Shown here one piece after another: positions 26,091 through 29,665 of a stretch of 29,665 bases of DNA (the stretch's first letter is position 1; the number at the start of each line of letters is the position of its first letter). The stretch is taken from contig DATIIG010000072.1 in NCBI GenBank assembly GCA_035479835.1, positions 1 through 29,665 of the forward strand. The letters run 5' to 3'. Below the pieces are notes generated by a model. The model was not told where the DNA came from. It saw nothing but the letters and a program-made list of their open reading frames with translations, and did no database searches. The DNA comes from Candidatus Saccharimonadales bacterium. GTDB taxonomy: Bacteria > Patescibacteriota > Microgenomatia > Levybacterales > UBA12049. The position numbers were made by a program, and so were the translations under genes.

Positions 26091-26209
26091 AGGGTGTGGT
26101 ACATTCCCCTTATGCTACGGTTCCTACGTAAGAGCGATTACAAAGTTGTGTATGAGGATGGTAAGCATAAAAACTTGACAAAAAGTATATAGTTTTGTAT
26201 TCTGTATCA

Positions 26210-26638
26210 ATGGCATTCCTGTCCGCTCAACCTCAAACGCCCGTTACTCCAGCCCCACCTGCGCAAACTGTTGCATCAACTCCCCCTCCGGCGCAAACGC
26301 CGCCTGCTTCCGCTCCTGTTTCTCAACCCGCACCCGCACCCAAATCACGCGGCAAATCCCCACTGCTTATGATCATTATCGCAGTTGTTTTGCTTGCGGT
26401 TGTCGGAGCGGGAATTTTTTATATTTCATCGCGAAAAACCGCCGCTCCCACAGCGGTAGCGCCCACTGTCACTGAGCCTACACCTACACCCACAGTTCAA
26501 GGAAATGCCGGCGGCGGCACAACAGACACCGATCTTGACACCGAAAGTCAGGCAATTGACAGCAATTTACAATCCCTTGACAGCGATTTAACACAAGTCG
26601 ATCAGGGACTGAGTGACCAACAGACAAATTTACAATAA
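26210..26638 (+). CDS. Single-pass membrane protein with Pro/Thr-rich linkers and an acidic C-terminal helix
   Basis: Start moved to ATG 26210 (TTGACA-17-TATTCT-6-ATG); TM segment LLMIIIAVVLLAVVGAGIFYI. Confidence 0.8.
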   Translation: MAFLSAQPQTPVTPAPPAQTVASTPPPAQTPPASAPVSQPAPAPKSRGKSPLLMIIIAVVLLAVVGAGIFYISSRKTAAPTAVAPTVTEPTPTPTVQGNAGGGTTDTDLDTESQAIDSNLQSLDSDLTQVDQGLSDQQTNLQ

Positions 26639-26639
26639 T

Positions 26640-27419
26640 ATGAAAAAATTAGCCATTGCGATTTTATCACTTATTTCCGGGGGCATTATTTGTGTTGTTC
26701 CGGCATTTGCTCAGACGCCAACGCTTCAAACTTCTAAGCAAGTTGCCCAAATTGCGCGCCAAGCGGATCGAACGACTGATTTGAAATCAAGAGCGGACAG
26801 CGAAATCGGCAGAAGAGTTGACAAACTAACCGCTTTAATTTCACGCATAAACGCGATGAAACGTTTAACAAATGACCAAAAAACTACACTAACCACTCAG
26901 GTACAAACGGAAATTACCAATCTTCAAACACTCAAAACAAAAATTGACGCGGATACCGATTTGACAATGCTTCAAACCGATGTAAAATCAATCGTCAACT
27001 CGTACCGCGTTTTTGCGCTTTTCTTGCCGCGCATCGAAGTCATTGCCGCGGGAGACAGAATACTTGAAACTGCTGATAAAGCAAGCACGCTTGCGGCAAA
27101 ACTGCAAACAAGAATTTCTCAGGCGCAAGCAAGCGGAAAAGATGTTTCAGCGCTACAAACATCCTTAACGGATATGCAAAGCAAAATTACCGATGCAAAA
27201 ACGCAGTCACAAAACGCGATAAATACCGTCATGCCGCTTAAACCGGAAGATTATCCGGGCAACAAAGGAGTGCTACTCTCTGCGCGAAAACTGCTCCAGA
27301 CCGCGCGGCAGGATCTGGTAGATGCTATAAAGGATGCAAAAACAATTATTCAGGGGCTTAAAACTCTTGAAAAAGGGACAACGGTTTCCCCCACTCTCAC
27401 TCCCACGCCCTCGATCTAA
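26640..27419 (+). CDS. Secreted all-helical / coiled-coil protein
   Basis: Start MKKLAI 1 nt after the upstream stop; signal peptide ending AFA; heptad-rich body. Confidence 0.8.
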   Translation: MKKLAIAILSLISGGIICVVPAFAQTPTLQTSKQVAQIARQADRTTDLKSRADSEIGRRVDKLTALISRINAMKRLTNDQKTTLTTQVQTEITNLQTLKTKIDADTDLTMLQTDVKSIVNSYRVFALFLPRIEVIAAGDRILETADKASTLAAKLQTRISQAQASGKDVSALQTSLTDMQSKITDAKTQSQNAINTVMPLKPEDYPGNKGVLLSARKLLQTARQDLVDAIKDAKTIIQGLKTLEKGTTVSPTLTPTPSI

Positions 27420-27494
27420 CCCTGTTACATTTCTTACCGTTTTGTTATTGGTGTCTTAGAAACAAAAGCTAATATGGTATCAAAGGAGAAACAT

Positions 27495-27575
27495 ATGGAT
27501 CATGTAGTTTTGGAAATGGGAGCATCACTTATGGCACTTACCCTTCTTCTGTACTACAAAGTGCCGTTTCGCTAA
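27495..27575 (+). CDS. Candidate small hydrophobic peptide, 26 aa (MDHVVLEMGASLMALTLLLYYKVPFR)
   Basis: AAGGAG 6 nt before the ATG; TATGGT upstream; stop abuts the convergent gene's stop (27575/27576), as real gene pairs do elsewhere in the window. Confidence 0.6.
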   Translation: MDHVVLEMGASLMALTLLLYYKVPFR

Positions 27576-27965
27576 CTATTTACTCAAGTCAATAAACTTT
27601 CCGTCGAAGCTGAAGCCTTGTCCTTCTTTGAGCGTTATGTTGGTTCCGTCTTTGAAAAATGCTCTCCCGCTTGGCGCAACGCGCGTACCGTCTGATAAGA
27701 CCACCTCGTCACGCATGGGAATCGTTTGACCGAATTTGGTAATCATCATGGTTTTATCTTTGAGCATCACGCCGTCGGGGGCTTTTTGGTTTTGCATAAG
27801 AATTGTCTGATGATCCTGAAGCGTTTTTATGTCCTGAGTTTGTTTTGTGATTTGATCGTCTTTGTTAAGAAGCATCGGGCGGTATTTACTCCTGGCCGCA
27901 GCATACCCGCCCAGCCCTCCGACAAGCAGGCTAATAACAACGGCAATGGTCATGATATTTTTCAT
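27576..27965 (-). CDS. DUF6799-like exported protein
   Basis: N-terminal TM, coiled coil, then DGVMLKD...LSDGTRV...KDGT..TLKEG beta-hairpin pattern. Start MKNIM behind TTGACA-16-TAGGAT. Confidence 0.7.
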   Translation of the reverse strand: MKNIMTIAVVISLLVGGLGGYAAARSKYRPMLLNKDDQITKQTQDIKTLQDHQTILMQNQKAPDGVMLKDKTMMITKFGQTIPMRDEVVLSDGTRVAPSGRAFFKDGTNITLKEGQGFSFDGKFIDLSK

Positions 27966-28187
27966 TGTACTCACTATCCTAAAGGTATCCCCCTTTCTTG
28001 TCAACCCCTTTTTTCTTGCTTACTTCTTACCGTTTTGCTATTTTTCTCTTATGCCCTGAGTTTATGCTGATATTAGATAATTTCAGGTATGATAGACAAT
28101 TCTGAGGCAGAGTAAGAAGATACGAGCGGGTACCTCAATAAATTTAAAAAGGTCTCCTTGTTTCTTCTTTACTCTGTGGTAAACCCC

Positions 28188-28388
28188 TTACTGCACGAGC
28201 AAAATTACCACCATACTAAGTGGAATAAAAAAAGCGGTAAAAATAAGGATAAAGCTCCAGATATGTGGAAGTTTCATTTTTGACGTACGCTTGGCCCGCT
28301 CTATCGCAAAAACGATCAGAAGAAAATAGATGTACAAAATAAGAAGCAGAAAAATAAAAAATAGTTGGACAATAAAAATAAAGTTCAT
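28188..28388 (-). CDS. Small two-TM membrane protein
   Basis: 66 aa with two hydrophobic helices around a basic loop; ATGA overlap with the upstream gene. Confidence 0.65.
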   Translation of the reverse strand: MNFIFIVQLFFIFLLLILYIYFLLIVFAIERAKRTSKMKLPHIWSFILIFTAFFIPLSMVVILLVQ

Positions 28389-28990
28389 ACCGGTTCAAGA
28401 TCCGTTCTTTTGTGCTGTTTTATTGAATGCTCATTCACGATGTATTCGATTTTTTGCGCATTTGAGGGCGCTTCGAAAACAAACGGTTCGTTGTGTTCAA
28501 TATTTCCAAAATGGATATACACATCCTCAATTCCTAAAAGATCATAGATAAAATTTGATGCTTTGCTGTCAACTTCACATTCCAAAAGTTTTTCCAGAAA
28601 AACCTCTTCCATATAATATCCGCCAATGCGGAAAAAATGAATGTGAAGTAATCGTTTATTGGTAATAATATAAAACTGAAAATACCATCGCATGAAAATA
28701 AATACTCCCGCAACCAAAACTATACAAAGTAAAGTAACAATTGTGTACGTGCTCATTTCGTGGAGTTGTGACAACGGAAGAATATGCGCGTTCTGCAGTA
28801 CCAGAGATATGAGAAACGAAACCGACGCAAGAATGAGAACCAGAACCAGAAACGGTACAATCAGAACAACCCAGTGTTGCCTTTGTACGATCCGAATGGT
28901 TTCATTGGGAAAAAGCTGTAGGGCTCCGAAGTGCTCAAGCGGGTGAATTTTGTGGGTAAATAATATTTTTTCTTTCGTTTTGCTCCACAT
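28385..28990 (-). CDS. Membrane protein with a bacterial PH-like domain
   Basis: E.I..V.RQHW, two TMs, WYFQFYIITNKRL, LLGIEDVYI pattern. Start moved to MWSK (TATAAT 6 nt upstream). Confidence 0.75.
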   Translation of the reverse strand: MWSKTKEKILFTHKIHPLEHFGALQLFPNETIRIVQRQHWVVLIVPFLVLVLILASVSFLISLVLQNAHILPLSQLHEMSTYTIVTLLCIVLVAGVFIFMRWYFQFYIITNKRLLHIHFFRIGGYYMEEVFLEKLLECEVDSKASNFIYDLLGIEDVYIHFGNIEHNEPFVFEAPSNAQKIEYIVNEHSIKQHKRTDLEPV

Positions 28991-29033
28991 ATCTGCATTA
29001 TATAACTTTCCCGTTTTTTTGCTTGACAAAATA

Positions 29034-29175
29034 GAACTGGATGCGGCGCGCCCCTAAAACCTGGGAGGGTTGTCATAAGACAAAGGGGCGCGCCGCGATT
29101 GTTGCGAAGCCGTCCGATCCTTTTGGGATCAGAAACGCTTTGAAGCGTCTTTGAGCGGTTTTGCAACACCAGTTC
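29034..29175. ncRNA. Candidate structured RNA or DNA element of unknown class
   Basis: Nested stems 29034-40/29169-75, 29043-55/29084-96 (13 bp perfect) and 29100-12/29156-68 (13 bp with two G-U), plus internal hairpins. Confidence 0.55.
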
Positions 29176-29179
29176 AGCA

Positions 29180-29665
29180 TCAACTCGCCGAACCAACGAC
29201 CAGACCCGAGGGTCCGCCATCAGCATCTGTTAGAGCACTAATAAAGGTAGAACGAGCAATCGTCAACTTGCCTCCATTGACCCAGCGTGGGTTGTCCTTA
29301 CGAACATTGGCAAGTTGATTCTCGTTCCGCTGATCCGGGTCGTTAACGACAACGTCACCCTCCGGTGTGAAACCGGTGACAACCACAAAGTGGTCGCCAT
29401 AGGCCTCCCCTCGTCCAAGATCATTTCCATGAACAAGGACAATAACCGGTTTACCGGAAACAACAGCTTTCTGGATAGTTAAAAGCAGTGTATTTCCGGA
29501 AGAAGATCCGATACGCTCGGCGGATAATCCGAACCGAGGCATGGCGTTTATCATCTGCTGATACGTTGTGTCAGCAGAAGGACGACCCGTATTGCCGGTT
29601 GCTTGACGCACCCCTGCGATCATATCTTTTGAGAAATTCTCAAAATTGAAATCGTGATAATAGTA
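29180..29665 (-). CDS. C39-like cysteine peptidase, C-terminal part (5' end beyond the window)
   Basis: Frame is open to base 29665 (YYYHDFNFENFSKDMIAG...); GKPVIVLV, HFVVVTG and VNDP supply the His and Asp; the catalytic Cys is not in the window. Confidence 0.82.
   Translation of the reverse strand, partial: YYYHDFNFENFSKDMIAGVRQATGNTGRPSADTTYQQMINAMPRFGLSAERIGSSSGNTLLLTIQKAVVSGKPVIVLVHGNDLGRGEAYGDHFVVVTGFTPEGDVVVNDPDQRNENQLANVRKDNPRWVNGGKLTIARSTFISALTDADGGPSGLVVGSAS

Noticed and set aside
28089..28115. Micro-ORF MIDNSEAE
   Set aside because: Only 8 codons, and its ATG lies inside the putative -10 element.
29113..29155. Hammerhead ribozyme (GAAAC-stem-GTC) or c-di-GMP-I riboswitch
   Set aside because: The hammerhead CUGANGA core is absent upstream of the candidate stem II, and the GNRA-capped arm and receptor layout of c-di-GMP-I is not met on either strand.
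28861..29226. 121-aa minus-strand ORF
   Set aside because: Overlaps both neighbouring genes and crosses a promoter and the palindromic element; the translation has no protein-like features.

Overview
Gene-dense chromosomal window that looks like a Candidate Phyla Radiation bacterium (Patescibacteria, Microgenomates-like). This is inferred from gene content: two TrmB-type regulators, a VirD4/TraD-like ATPase, a DUF5667 protein, an HTH plus LAGLIDADG-like protein, tandem class A PBPs and widespread leaderless starts. Core content is gap, pgk, coaBC, a cmk-like kinase, nrdR-nrdJ with NrdR boxes, cell-wall genes (two PBP1A, an L,D-transpeptidase, a CvpA-CAP fusion), a DinJ/YafQ-type toxin-antitoxin pair, an orphan OmpR-family regulator and several ORFans. 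Highlights missing from the ORF track: (1) a tRNA-Ile with the rare UAU anticodon and a non-canonical T-loop; (2) a cobalamin riboswitch heading a pduO / unknown 355-aa / DUF5522 operon beside the B12-dependent reductase NrdJ; (3) an almost fully paired, nested 142-nt candidate ncRNA at 29034-29175; (4) two unannotated small ORFs and a candidate sRNA preceded by 11-bp-periodic repeats near the orphan regulator; (5) a 10-bp inverted repeat bracketing the endonuclease-like gene next to the tRNA. All family calls come from motif recognition by eye, not from searches.
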